A program made the position numbers and the translations under genes. From Planctomycetota bacterium (GTDB taxonomy: Bacteria > Planctomycetota > Phycisphaerae > WQYP01), in contig JAJZDN010000006.1 in the NCBI GenBank assembly GCA_021805985.1, forward strand, positions 5,786-69,785: a DNA stretch of 64,000 bases. Reading direction: 5' to 3'. The notes below the pieces were generated by a model. It did not search any database. It had not been told where the DNA came from and saw nothing but the letters and a program-made list of their open reading frames with translations. Within the stretch, counting starts at the first letter, position 1. Every line of letters starts with the position of its first letter. This document shows positions 10,091-20,067 of this stretch, piece by piece.

Positions 10091-10562
10091 TGCGCCGCCC
10101 GTTAGCCCCCGAAAAGCTCAAGCTAGCCCGACGCGGAAGCGTCACGGTTGGATGCGGAACAGCGGCACAGAAATGGCCGCGCTGCAACGCGACACGTAAT
10201 ACCCAATCCACCTCTGGTCCATTCTGACGCGCAGTGCCGATCTCGCCGGCGGCTGCAATGTTGTGTGGTTGTGTCATATTCCGCTTCAAAACTCACCGCT
10301 ACCGCATTGAGCTAACCCAAGCTTCGCACTTCGGCACTAAAAAAGGCTCTGGCGCTCAACCAGGGGCAAAAGTCTGTACCATAGCCTCATGCGAAACCCA
10401 GGGGTTTGGTACCTCGCTGGACGATGCCAAGGCCGCGATCCTGGCTTTTTTTAGGCTTGATTAGCAACTCATTAATCTCCAGCCATCAGAGCGGAGTAGA
10501 CCAATGGGGCCAAAAAGGCATTCTTGGCGATAAACACATGGCCGCCGGGCCGCAGGGGGGAA

Positions 10563-11357
10563 TTAATCAGGGCTTCCCTGTGCGGCGAGGGTGCCGGCGG
10601 TGGTGGGTTTGCCTTTGAGTATCCACTCAAATCCTACAGCGATCATTGCGCCGATGAGTGGGCCGAGGATGTAGATCCAGCAGGTGCTCAAGTCACCGCG
10701 TATCAGATCGGGTGCAAAAGTCCGGACTGGATTCATTGAAGCGCCACTGATGGGTGCCGCCCAAAGACCGGCCAAGGCGATGTAACCGCCGACGGCCAGT
10801 GCTGCATTGGAGCCGACATTTCTTGCTCCAGACGCGGTGCCGAGGATTGTGCTGACCAGGCCGGTCGTTAATAATATTTCCATGGCCAGCGCCTGGAAAT
10901 CACTGATCCCTTTTCCAGGAACGGTGGCACCCAACAGGCCGACCGTACCGAACATCGCCCTTAAGAAAATCGCTGCGGCTATGCCTCCGACGAACTGCGA
11001 AAGGATATACCCAGGAACCCGCTTCCATGGGAAATTGCGGCGAACCGCAAAGGCCAGCGTGACGGCCGGATTCAGGTGCGCCCCGCCGACATCGCCCATG
11101 AAATAGATGACGGCCATAACCATCAACCCGGGTGCGACGACAATCATGCTTAATGTCACAGCACCATGGCTCCGGGCACCCACAACGACAGCACCGGCCG
11201 CAACAACCACAAGAAGAAATGTACCCCAGGCTTCCGAGAAAAGACGCCGCCATTCGTGCGATGATTCCAGGAAGTCAGGCGGTGGGGAGGCGTGCAGCAT
11301 GTGCCTTTGGGTTGAGGACATATCGTGTTGATGGGGCTTATTTGTCATGGGTTCCAC
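10563..11357 (-). CDS. aquaporin / MIP family channel
   Basis: HLNPAVT first NPA box and SMNPVRT second box (NPV variant). Six predicted TM helices. Confidence 0.85.
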   Translation of the reverse strand: MEPMTNKPHQHDMSSTQRHMLHASPPPDFLESSHEWRRLFSEAWGTFLLVVVAAGAVVVGARSHGAVTLSMIVVAPGLMVMAVIYFMGDVGGAHLNPAVTLAFAVRRNFPWKRVPGYILSQFVGGIAAAIFLRAMFGTVGLLGATVPGKGISDFQALAMEILLTTGLVSTILGTASGARNVGSNAALAVGGYIALAGLWAAPISGASMNPVRTFAPDLIRGDLSTCWIYILGPLIGAMIAVGFEWILKGKPTTAGTLAAQGSPD

Positions 11358-11402
11358 CTCACGCTGTCAAGCCCGCAAAAGAGGATTGACAGAGTACTAC
11401 GC

Positions 11403-11762
11403 TTAAACAATTTTACAGGGAATCATGGCATCTTCGTCCAATTTATAAACGGCACAGAGCCGGTGATAACCATCGGCGATGATTAGTTTGCCGTTAGCTT
11501 GGTCTCTGCAAAGCAACAGCGGCGACAATTTTCCGCCGCCGGTAATCGCGTCCACATCCTTCTCAACATGACTGTTGCTGACTCCCAGCAAAGACAGCTC
11601 GGAGGATCGGAAAATGTCTTTTGCCGCAAATTCAGTCATATCGGCCCGTTTCAATTTGCTTGCAATAGCATCGGCTTTGCGTTGACTCATCGTCAAGCTC
11701 AAATAGCGGGCGGCAGCGCGATAATCATGCTTTTGCGGCTTGTCCAACCATTTAATTTTCAT
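11403..11762 (-). CDS. small ParB/Srx-like (ParBc nuclease-domain) protein
   Basis: IIADGYHRLCAVYKLDEDAMIPCKIV resembles the ParBc core lidGhhRl.A...ipv.v. 119 aa, no DNA-binding HTH. Confidence 0.4.
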   Translation of the reverse strand: MKIKWLDKPQKHDYRAAARYLSLTMSQRKADAIASKLKRADMTEFAAKDIFRSSELSLLGVSNSHVEKDVDAITGGGKLSPLLLCRDQANGKLIIADGYHRLCAVYKLDEDAMIPCKIV

Positions 11763-11925
11763 AGATCGTCCTTAATACTGTGGCCATAAACCGACTTCAG
11801 TCTGCGTTACAACCGGCTGAAAGTTCGCCGACGAGCGCGATATTATTTAAGCTCCAATAATCTGTTGCCCGCTATTCATTATATCCATCATATACCATGA
11901 AAATCCGGTGGTTAATACCGGATTC

Positions 11926-13962
11926 TCATCGTGAACCAGACGCGATGCGCTTCAAAAATTCTTCTTCATCTATCACTTCCACGCCGAGTTTGCGGGCTTT
12001 TTCCAGCTTACTGCCCGCATCTTCCCCCGCGACTACAAGTGTTGTATTTTTGCTCACGCTTTCGCCGGCTTTTCCGCCCAGGGATTCAATAAGGGCCTTG
12101 ATTTCATGCCGGGCGTAATGCTGGAGTTTACCGGTTACCACCACCGTTTTTCCGCTCAGCGGACCGCTGGCCTGTCGCACGCGGGCCGGCGTGGCCTTTA
12201 CGCCTACCGATTCCAGCTCGCGCAGTAACTCCAGTCCACCAAGTTCATGGAGGAAGCGGTGCAAACTTTGCGCGACCACTTCTCCCACGCCTTCTACAGC
12301 CTGGAAATCAGCGACCGACGCTTTGGCTAAGCAATCCACAGAAGGGAAATTTTCCGCAATATCTTCCGCCGTGCGCACGCCCACATGCAAAATTCCCAAT
12401 CCCCCCAGCAGGCGTTCCAGCCCGCGGCTTTTGCTTTCGGCGATCGCCGCAATAAGAGTGGCCGCCGATTTTTCACCCATGCGGTCCAAACCCGCAACAT
12501 CCTGCAGAGTCACACGGTATAAGTCCGGCAGATTCTTTACCAAGCCCCTGGCTAAAAGCTGCTGCACCACCGCCGGTCCCAGATTTTCAATATCCATCTG
12601 GTCCCGGGCGCCAAAAAACAGCAACCGCTCTTCGCGTTGCGCGGGGCAGGCCAGATTCGGGCAGCGAACAAATCCCCCATCACGCACCGCTGAGGATCCA
12701 CAGGAGGGGCAAAGTGTCGGCGGGGCAATGACCTGCGCATCGGCGGGGCGTTTGGCGGCAACTACTCCGACCACATAAGGAATTACTTCGCCGGCTTTCT
12801 GCACAATCACGCGGTCATGCAGGTGGATATCCTTACGGACAATTTCATCAAAATTATGCAAACTGGCGCGGTAGACTTGCGTACCGCTGATAAACACCGG
12901 CGGCTCAAATTCCGCCACCGGGGTGATTGTCCCAGTTTTGCCCACCTGGAACACTACGCGCGCTAATTGCGTTTCCGCTTGCTCCGGCTGATATTTAAAA
13001 GCAATGCACCAGCGCGGGGCACGGGATGTGGTGCCTAGCTGCTGGCGCTGTGCCAACACATTCACTTTTACAACCACACCGTCCGTGTCATAGGGGAGAT
13101 CTTTCCGTTGGTCATTAAAGCGATGAATAAATTGGAGAGCCGCGTCAATATCCTCCGCGGGGGCAATATGCTCCGATATTGGAAAGCCCAGCAATTTCAG
13201 ATAGGTCAGCCATTGTTGATACGTGGAAAATTCAAAGCCTTCCACGACGCCCTGCCCGTGGGGCAGGAAACGCAGCTTTCGTGCCGCTACCGTGCGCGGG
13301 TCCAAAAGCTTCAGCGTGCCGGCGGCGGTATTTCGCGGATTGGCATAGGCTTCTTCCCCCATGGCCTCCTGTCGCTGGTTGATGGTTAAGAATTGCATGC
13401 GGGTTAAATAAGTTTCACCCCGGACTTCCAGCACGGGTGGAATGTGTTTTGGAAAATCCCCGCCCGGCGGATTTTTCGGATCAGAAAGCCGGAGGGGAAT
13501 ATCATAAATGGTCCGGGCATTTTGCGTGACATCATCGCCATTTTCACCATCGCCGCGGGTGGCGGCCTGCGTGAGAAAGCCCTTTTCATAACGCAAGGAA
13601 AGCGATACGCCATCAATCTTTGGCTCACAGATATAACTAAACGCCTGTCCCTCCAGCAGTTTCCGCACACGCTGATCAAATTCGCGGACTTCGCCTTCGC
13701 TGTACGTATTATCAATGGAAATCATGGGTATACCATGATGAACCGCAGCGAAAGCCCGCAGGGGGCTGCCGCCCACACGCTGCGTCGGGGAATCAGGTGT
13801 TATAAGGTCCGGATGCGCCTGTTCCAGATCGTTAAGCTTGTGCATCAGCGCATCATAGGCCTGATCGGAAATCTCCGGCTTGGCGTGCTGATAATAAAGT
13901 TCATCATGCCGCCGAATCTCATCCCGCAGCAAATCCAGTTCATGTTCCACACTTTTGCCCAT
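11926..13962 (-). CDS. ligA: NAD-dependent DNA ligase LigA
   Basis: KIDGVSLSL adenylation motif (KxDG), OB fold, Zn-finger cysteines (CPSCGS...CPNLAC), HhH region and C-terminal BRCT. Start trimmed to MGKSVEHELD. Confidence 0.9.
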   Translation of the reverse strand: MGKSVEHELDLLRDEIRRHDELYYQHAKPEISDQAYDALMHKLNDLEQAHPDLITPDSPTQRVGGSPLRAFAAVHHGIPMISIDNTYSEGEVREFDQRVRKLLEGQAFSYICEPKIDGVSLSLRYEKGFLTQAATRGDGENGDDVTQNARTIYDIPLRLSDPKNPPGGDFPKHIPPVLEVRGETYLTRMQFLTINQRQEAMGEEAYANPRNTAAGTLKLLDPRTVAARKLRFLPHGQGVVEGFEFSTYQQWLTYLKLLGFPISEHIAPAEDIDAALQFIHRFNDQRKDLPYDTDGVVVKVNVLAQRQQLGTTSRAPRWCIAFKYQPEQAETQLARVVFQVGKTGTITPVAEFEPPVFISGTQVYRASLHNFDEIVRKDIHLHDRVIVQKAGEVIPYVVGVVAAKRPADAQVIAPPTLCPSCGSSAVRDGGFVRCPNLACPAQREERLLFFGARDQMDIENLGPAVVQQLLARGLVKNLPDLYRVTLQDVAGLDRMGEKSAATLIAAIAESKSRGLERLLGGLGILHVGVRTAEDIAENFPSVDCLAKASVADFQAVEGVGEVVAQSLHRFLHELGGLELLRELESVGVKATPARVRQASGPLSGKTVVVTGKLQHYARHEIKALIESLGGKAGESVSKNTTLVVAGEDAGSKLEKARKLGVEVIDEEEFLKRIASGSR

Positions 13963-13985
13963 GCTGAAAGTTATACCTCGGAAAA

Positions 13986-14942
13986 CTAATGCGGATTCTT
14001 GAATGTCGGAAGATGTTCTCCAATATGGCCAATGAGGATTTTCTCGTCGCCATCGCACCATTCAAAATATATTCGGCCAGCACCGGGGGTGAATCTCACG
14101 TGCCAACTGAAACACCGGGTCATCCCGTCTGGACACATAAAGGTATGCTCGTCACGATAGCGGGTCAGCGTCACTTGGCTCTCTGGGGTTATCTTAGAGG
14201 GGGGCTGTTGCAGCCAGAGGTCCCGTTGTCGCCCGGAAAACTCTTCGCACCATGAATTGAGATCCTCGAGCCGCTTAATGATCTGCCTGATTTCATCCCC
14301 ATTCCATGAGAACTGGGATAACATCTCCCGCACACGCTCGCAAAATAGAAGTCGAGGAAATTTCCGCTGGCGGTTTGTCCAAAGTTCATCGTGGTCGGCA
14401 AAAGTTTCCTTTGTCTTGGCTTTAATCCACTTCTTATGCTCGGCGGCATGCTCAAGTTTAGACACGTGTTTAAGGCGCTCTTGACTCTGCAATAAAGCCG
14501 CGTCCTCGCCAAGTTCGCTTACATCCACGCAGAGGGACGAGCAATCCCACTCCGGGGCGGATAGGAAACTGACGACGATCCCGTCGTTAAGATACGCTTC
14601 CAGCATCCCCAAGGCAGGTCTTGAGCAGTGAAGTACCTCGCATCCAAGCGCCCGGTCTCCATGTAAACCATCACCGAGGAATGGTACTTTCGTGGTAAGC
14701 GACCTAAATAATTGCTTTAACTCTCGGTCAACACTCAGATTCTCGCACCAGTGGCCTACCCGGAAGTTTGGCGAAATTTCGACATTAAAGAATCCGGTGG
14801 GAATATGTAGCGCCACTGGGCTGGCAGCCTTTTGTATGCCGACCATCGCCCTTGCGAAGGTTTCCAATCGTTCCCGCGCGAGGCCATGGCTTGGTGCCAT
14901 CGACTGTAGCGAGAGTTCGTTAAAGAAGCACTCCAGGCTCAC
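13986..14942 (-). CDS. hypothetical protein, third gene of the DUF262-ATPase operon; C-terminus resembles a RelE/HigB (Gp49)-type toxin motif
   Basis: Start overlaps the stop of the ATPase gene (14939-14942). C-terminal ...GAGRIYFEWCDGDEKILIGHIGEHLP resembles the conserved C-terminal strand-loop of RelE/ParE/HigB-superfamily toxins. No other family recognised. Confidence 0.5.
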   Translation of the reverse strand: MSLECFFNELSLQSMAPSHGLARERLETFARAMVGIQKAASPVALHIPTGFFNVEISPNFRVGHWCENLSVDRELKQLFRSLTTKVPFLGDGLHGDRALGCEVLHCSRPALGMLEAYLNDGIVVSFLSAPEWDCSSLCVDVSELGEDAALLQSQERLKHVSKLEHAAEHKKWIKAKTKETFADHDELWTNRQRKFPRLLFCERVREMLSQFSWNGDEIRQIIKRLEDLNSWCEEFSGRQRDLWLQQPPSKITPESQVTLTRYRDEHTFMCPDGMTRCFSWHVRFTPGAGRIYFEWCDGDEKILIGHIGEHLPTFKNPH

Positions 14943-16078
14943 GGCTCGTTCTCCCGCGGGAGAATCAGTTCTCCAAGGGCCTTGTCAAGCTCATCAAAGA
15001 AGCCTGCGGGCCAGTTGTCAATCCGACCGTCCGCGCTGATTTTCGGGGAAATTATAGAGGTTTGGGCCTCCGTCCCCTCCGCGTGACTGCCGAAGTAATG
15101 GATTGCGACATCTTGGGGTGCCAGTATCTCGTTTCGTACAGCCAAACGAACTGCGTTCAAGACATGATCACTGTGGCTTTCCATAAGTATTTGTAAGCCG
15201 GAGGCGGCCGCTCTGCATATTAATTCCGCTATTTTTGACTGCCCGCGCGGGTGAAGGTGGGCCTCGGGGTTCTCCACCAATAAAAGCCCGCCGCGCCTGG
15301 AGCTTAAAAGCGCCACCACAATCGGCAGGGTATACGTGATTCCGAATCCGACATTGGTGGTCCGGTAGGGGCGGCTGACGTCCCCCATGCGAGCGAAGGA
15401 GTATTTCAGCGAAACGGTATCAGTGGCCTCCTGGGCGACGCATGAAATCCGGAGGCCCGGTGCAACCTCCTGCATCCAAGCCTCCACTTGTTCCTTCAGG
15501 GTTGTTGCGTCTCCCTGGGTACTGCGTGGATGCCACATTTTGGGGACGCCCTGCAGTTTCTCTGATCCGAACTTCATAAGAAAATCGGAAGCGTAGCGCC
15601 CATCATTTCCCAGTTGGCGTTTCAGGTGCACCAAGTGCTCGGATGTGTCATAGGCCGTTCGTGGGCCTACCCGTTCCGCCTGGAGATAACAAAAGTCACT
15701 GCCAAAAATATTGGCGTTTTGAATCGACGCCCAGTTCGGACCCGCAGCAAGCTGCATCACATCCTCGTTGCGATTGTATGCAAACCTCCATCTCGCAATG
15801 CCCCCTAGTGACTGGGTGATTTCAATTTCAACAAAATCCTCATCCGCATTTTCATACAGTACGTCAATACCCCGCCCCGCCCGTAACAATTCGCCATCCA
15901 GCAACAGGCCCCCGCCGCGCAGCAGTCCTTGGTCGTACGACTGTCTAAGCAGCAGCAACGATTGAATCACTGAGCTTTTTCCCGTGCCATTTGCGCCGGT
16001 GAGTAACGTCAGGGGCGCAAGTCGCAGGGAAGCCTCCCTGAAGCATTTAAAATTATGCAGCCTCAATTTTTCGAGCAT
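14939..16078 (-). CDS. AAA_21/ABC-type ATPase with DUF3696-like C-terminal region (OLD/AbiL/Septu-like ATPase class)
   Basis: Walker A LLTGANGTGKSS near the N-terminus. Walker B/D-loop LLLVENPEAHLHP and a downstream H-loop. About 380 aa. Overlaps the upstream DUF262 gene by 16 nt. Confidence 0.8.
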   Translation of the reverse strand: MLEKLRLHNFKCFREASLRLAPLTLLTGANGTGKSSVIQSLLLLRQSYDQGLLRGGGLLLDGELLRAGRGIDVLYENADEDFVEIEITQSLGGIARWRFAYNRNEDVMQLAAGPNWASIQNANIFGSDFCYLQAERVGPRTAYDTSEHLVHLKRQLGNDGRYASDFLMKFGSEKLQGVPKMWHPRSTQGDATTLKEQVEAWMQEVAPGLRISCVAQEATDTVSLKYSFARMGDVSRPYRTTNVGFGITYTLPIVVALLSSRRGGLLLVENPEAHLHPRGQSKIAELICRAAASGLQILMESHSDHVLNAVRLAVRNEILAPQDVAIHYFGSHAEGTEAQTSIISPKISADGRIDNWPAGFFDELDKALGELILPRENEP

Positions 16079-17340
16079 TGCAATACACTTTCCACAAGTT
16101 CTTGAACAGCTGAAAATCGTAGTCTTACTTTTCCAACATCTCCCGTGCCTTGAGAAATTGCATTCAGAAAAGCTTGGCTCCTCAGCAATTCTTCCACCTT
16201 GCCCAGCAGCAATTCCTTCCGGGACTTCAACGCGTCGATTTGTTCATCGCTAAGCCGATCGAGATTCACTGACCACGTTTCGAATAGGGCCTTGTTTATG
16301 GGCATAAGCCGATTCTCTTTGCCAGCCTTACGAAAGGCCTTCTTCCCCAACAAATCACTACAAGCTTTCATAGCTCGTTTGAACCGCAAAGAGAGCTCGC
16401 TTAGTTGATGGTCACCCATCTTGTTTAATTCTTGCATTTTCTGGTTAAGAAAGGCATCAAAATCTCTGCTCTCATAATCGGTGTAAGGGGTTGTCGCAAA
16501 CGCGATAAACCGCAGCACAAACTCGCGGTCCGCCATGCGCGCTCCCGGCACCGCCTCGGACGTAGCCACTTTGAACTCCTGGGCTTGGGCCAGGTCCTTC
16601 AGAAGAGTGGTACTTTTTCCCTGGTTAAGAGCGTGGCGTATTTCCTGCGCGGAAAGCGGAAGCCCACCCGTATTGATACGTTTGAATATATTGAACTTAA
16701 CCTCGGGCGGAGTGCCCTTCTCGATCAAATATGCAGTCACCTGAGTTTCAAGAATGCGCCTTTGTAAATGGCGGGGCAAACTGTCAAAACCCTTTGACTC
16801 CTGCTCCCCCAGGAACTCCATGCCACTTAGCTTGAGGGTTTTTTCCAAAACAAACCTCTTGAGGGAGGTGAGCCGCTGCAATCCGTCCACGACAAGCCAC
16901 TTGTCCTCGTCAGTGGCGTCCATGTAGAAAGCGGGCAGGGGAATGCGTATCAGTAATGATTCTATCAGCCTGCTTTGCGCCTTCTCGCTCCATAGTCCTC
17001 CTTGCCGCTGAAAATCCGGGGCTAAATCAATTTCCTTGTGCTTAATGCGGTTCAAAAGCAGGTCAATGGTGATCGGTTTTGTCTCGACGCGTATTACAGT
17101 TGGATCAAACGGATTATTAATGACGTCCGATCCCGTGGTGTCTTCTAGCTCCACGCCTGCTTCGGTGCCCTCTTCAACTTCCGTGATAGTCTCTGTCTGC
17201 AAAGCCATAGATAGCTCGCTCCAATTAAAGTTCCCGGTACAGCATAACACAAAATTTGCCGGGGTGGATATCAGGTCAACAACCCGGTGTTGGCGGTCCT
17301 TGTCTGTAGGAGTCTTTTCTGATTCACTGGTAAAGCCCAC
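16063..17340 (-). CDS. DUF262 (GmrSD N-terminal, ParB-like DGQQR) domain protein
   Basis: PDFQR...W...LIESLLIRIPLP followed by VVDGLQRLTSL (DGQQR-type motif) are DUF262 hallmarks. No C-terminal DUF1524/HNH recognisable. Confidence 0.8.
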   Translation of the reverse strand: MGFTSESEKTPTDKDRQHRVVDLISTPANFVLCCTGNFNWSELSMALQTETITEVEEGTEAGVELEDTTGSDVINNPFDPTVIRVETKPITIDLLLNRIKHKEIDLAPDFQRQGGLWSEKAQSRLIESLLIRIPLPAFYMDATDEDKWLVVDGLQRLTSLKRFVLEKTLKLSGMEFLGEQESKGFDSLPRHLQRRILETQVTAYLIEKGTPPEVKFNIFKRINTGGLPLSAQEIRHALNQGKSTTLLKDLAQAQEFKVATSEAVPGARMADREFVLRFIAFATTPYTDYESRDFDAFLNQKMQELNKMGDHQLSELSLRFKRAMKACSDLLGKKAFRKAGKENRLMPINKALFETWSVNLDRLSDEQIDALKSRKELLLGKVEELLRSQAFLNAISQGTGDVGKVRLRFSAVQELVESVLQCSKN

Positions 17341-17360
17341 CTCGAACTGATGAAGCTATT

Positions 17361-18635
17361 TTAGTTCCGGACGCCGCCAGGTATGGCTACGGGGGCAACT
17401 CCCGGAAACGGGCCGCGAACGGGTGGCCGTACTGCGGGTGCAGCGGCACCGGCTTGAATTGGCGGTGTCGGAATCACACCGCGTTGTTTCCAGAATTTTA
17501 ACATCGCCTTGATGGTTGTTTCTTCCTGCACCTGTGTGTTAAACAGCCAACTACCGCCATACAGGGCGGATTTGAAAAGATGATAATGCTGCGGCTTATG
17601 GCCGGAGAGCAGCACCAGCAGATACAGTGGAATGGTGCGATTATCCCAATGTACACTTTGGCCATTAAATACAAAATTGATCTGATTGGCCTGGGGGCGG
17701 CAAATTAAATTAAGCAGGTAGGGTGCCGCCAGCAGGGGTTTATATTGTGCAAACAGTTTAATAAAATTGCGGCCCTGTAACATGCTGGGATTCTGAAGAA
17801 TATCATTGGCTCCGGATTGCCGCGCCATTTTTTCTGTATAGTTCACCAACATGGATTTCAAGTGACGGGGGTGCCAGTGCTGCAATAATTGGGCCGCATA
17901 TTGCCCATCCTGTGCCTGCTGCCAGTAATTGACAAAGTGCATAATGTAAATCTTCTGGCCATTAAACCGCACGACCTGCCGCGTGGTGGCACCACTGTAC
18001 ATGGTCGTATTGCCCACGGATCGGTGGAAGACAATCTGCACCATTTTCTCGGATGGCTTGCGGTTCCACAGAGCGGCCATGGTTGAAAGATACACCACAC
18101 GCCGGCGGTCACGCAGCAGACGATCCAATATCCAGTCGCTGCTGCTGCCCGGAATTTTTACCAAACCCTGGGCCGATGACGCACGGATGTCCGCGCGCCG
18201 CGCAAAGGCTGCTCCCACCAGCGGCAGCACACCAGGTTTAATGCCCCAGTCAAACATGGCCATGCGTTTTTCCTGGGGCAATTTGATCACCGCCATGGTC
18301 CAGCGGTCCAGATTAATGTTAAAATTCAGCAGTTTAATCAATCGTGTTGCCTGTTCCGGGCCACCCGCATTGATGATGGCGTGCAACTGCAGGCCCAGAG
18401 CGGTTTGAATAATTTTGTTGGCATGTTGGCGCACGCTGTACCGTTCAGAGGATAAATCTTTTAACCCCTGGGCCAACATGGCGGAAACTTTGTCAGATAT
18501 TGCCGGAGAAGCTGCCGGGTCGGGGCTCTTGGCGTGCAGGCAGGAGGAACCACCCAATGGAATTATCACAGCGGTTACCATCACGGCAACTGCGGCTAAA
18601 TTCTTAAACAGAGATTGTTGGTTCGTGAGGGTCAT
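17361..18635 (-). CDS. hypothetical lipoprotein/secreted protein with proline-rich C-terminus
   Basis: N-terminal signal/lipobox-like segment (AVIIPLGGSSC). C-terminal PPV/GAP-rich tail. Confidence 0.45.
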   Translation of the reverse strand: MTLTNQQSLFKNLAAVAVMVTAVIIPLGGSSCLHAKSPDPAASPAISDKVSAMLAQGLKDLSSERYSVRQHANKIIQTALGLQLHAIINAGGPEQATRLIKLLNFNINLDRWTMAVIKLPQEKRMAMFDWGIKPGVLPLVGAAFARRADIRASSAQGLVKIPGSSSDWILDRLLRDRRRVVYLSTMAALWNRKPSEKMVQIVFHRSVGNTTMYSGATTRQVVRFNGQKIYIMHFVNYWQQAQDGQYAAQLLQHWHPRHLKSMLVNYTEKMARQSGANDILQNPSMLQGRNFIKLFAQYKPLLAAPYLLNLICRPQANQINFVFNGQSVHWDNRTIPLYLLVLLSGHKPQHYHLFKSALYGGSWLFNTQVQEETTIKAMLKFWKQRGVIPTPPIQAGAAAPAVRPPVRGPFPGVAPVAIPGGVRN

Positions 18636-18762
18636 GTAGTCAAATTACCCTGAAAAAACAGTCATCTACAGGCTTTTTATCGCCCGTAGCGGGAAATTTC
18701 ATTACATTATTTATACCCATTTATCCCCTTGGAAAGAAATCCAAAGGGGGTCCGAGAATCGT

Positions 18763-20067
18763 TTAGGCCTGCAAGCGTGACCCAAGGGCATCAAGCACGC
18801 TCATATAATTCATGTATGCGTCATAAGGCGATTCATACATGCTGAAGCTCGGCGTATTTAAGTCGCCGAAAAATCGGGTGTTCATATACAGGAAGTGATC
18901 GCTGGAACCCAATTTTCGCCACGTGTTTAATAACGCCGCATCCGCAGAGTCTTTAACTGGCTGTTCCAGACGATACAACTCCTGCAGCGCGTTGGCCTGC
19001 ATGGCGTTGCCCAACCAAGGAGATAAATCCCGCTGGGCATCGGTCCAGCAGATATTCCGCGGCACGCTTAATTCCGCCACTGGCTCGTATTGCTTAATAA
19101 CTTCCGAAGGCGTACTGAAGCGGTCCCCATTTTCCAGTACGAATCGGGGTAGTGCCCGCAGGAATTCAAATATGCCGCTGGCCGCAGAATGCCGTTCGCC
19201 AAAGGTTTCGTAGTCCATTCCCAGCAGGCAGTATTCCCCCTCCGCGCCTGTGCCATGAAGCCAGCGGGCGTATTTATCCGCCATCAGTGGCCAGTTAATC
19301 CAATCGTGGGCGGAAAAGCGCAGCGATAAATCATCACTTAGCCGATAATGCCGCAGTAAGACTTTCAGTTGCTCACGCGCCGCTTTATACACATGTCCCG
19401 CGCTGCGATTTCCCAAGGCTCCCTCCCATCCCTCAGTAATAGCCGCCTGGAAGTTTAATCCTGCTGCCAGACGCCCTACCTCATTGGAGTAAATCAAATT
19501 GGTATTCCGGAATATGGTGGGCTTTTGTCCAAAATAGTGTTCGATCGTTCGGCTGTGCAAATTGACTTGGGAGGCGAATTCATCCGGGGAATAAAGACAC
19601 GCCAAGCTATGGTGCGATGTTTCCCCGAGAAATTCCACGCAACCGGTTTTAGCAAGCTCCTTCAATAACGCCACCACCTCCGGCGCGTCGTCCGCAAATT
19701 GTTCCAGAGCCGTATTAGTTACGCCCAGTGCCACGCGGAAAGCCGATCCGTATTGCCGCGCCAAATCCAGTAACACATGGGTGGCGGGAATATAACTGTG
19801 GCGGGCAATTTCCCGCGTGTAGCGCCGATTGGCCTGGGTGTCAAAATAATCCGAATCGGAATCAAAAATACTGTAGCGCCGCAGGCGGAAGGGCTGATGA
19901 ATCTGAAAATATAAAACCACAGCAACCATCGGGCGTGTCCTGTTCTGACGCACTTCTGCGTCATGATTATAACCATACGGGGCGAAATACGGCAGGAGGT
20001 CCCGTCCTGTCTGTGCCGTCCTGTCCATGCTGTAAGGCGTTAAACGGCGCGGAGTCCCATTTACCAA
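18763..20067 (-). CDS. glycoside hydrolase family 57 protein (alpha-glucan-active)
   Basis: N-terminal ...VVLYFQIHQPFRL... (GH57 HQP motif) and overall GH57-like composition. The true start is probably a downstream Met (MVAVV...). Confidence 0.65.
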   Translation of the reverse strand: MVNGTPRRLTPYSMDRTAQTGRDLLPYFAPYGYNHDAEVRQNRTRPMVAVVLYFQIHQPFRLRRYSIFDSDSDYFDTQANRRYTREIARHSYIPATHVLLDLARQYGSAFRVALGVTNTALEQFADDAPEVVALLKELAKTGCVEFLGETSHHSLACLYSPDEFASQVNLHSRTIEHYFGQKPTIFRNTNLIYSNEVGRLAAGLNFQAAITEGWEGALGNRSAGHVYKAAREQLKVLLRHYRLSDDLSLRFSAHDWINWPLMADKYARWLHGTGAEGEYCLLGMDYETFGERHSAASGIFEFLRALPRFVLENGDRFSTPSEVIKQYEPVAELSVPRNICWTDAQRDLSPWLGNAMQANALQELYRLEQPVKDSADAALLNTWRKLGSSDHFLYMNTRFFGDLNTPSFSMYESPYDAYMNYMSVLDALGSRLQA

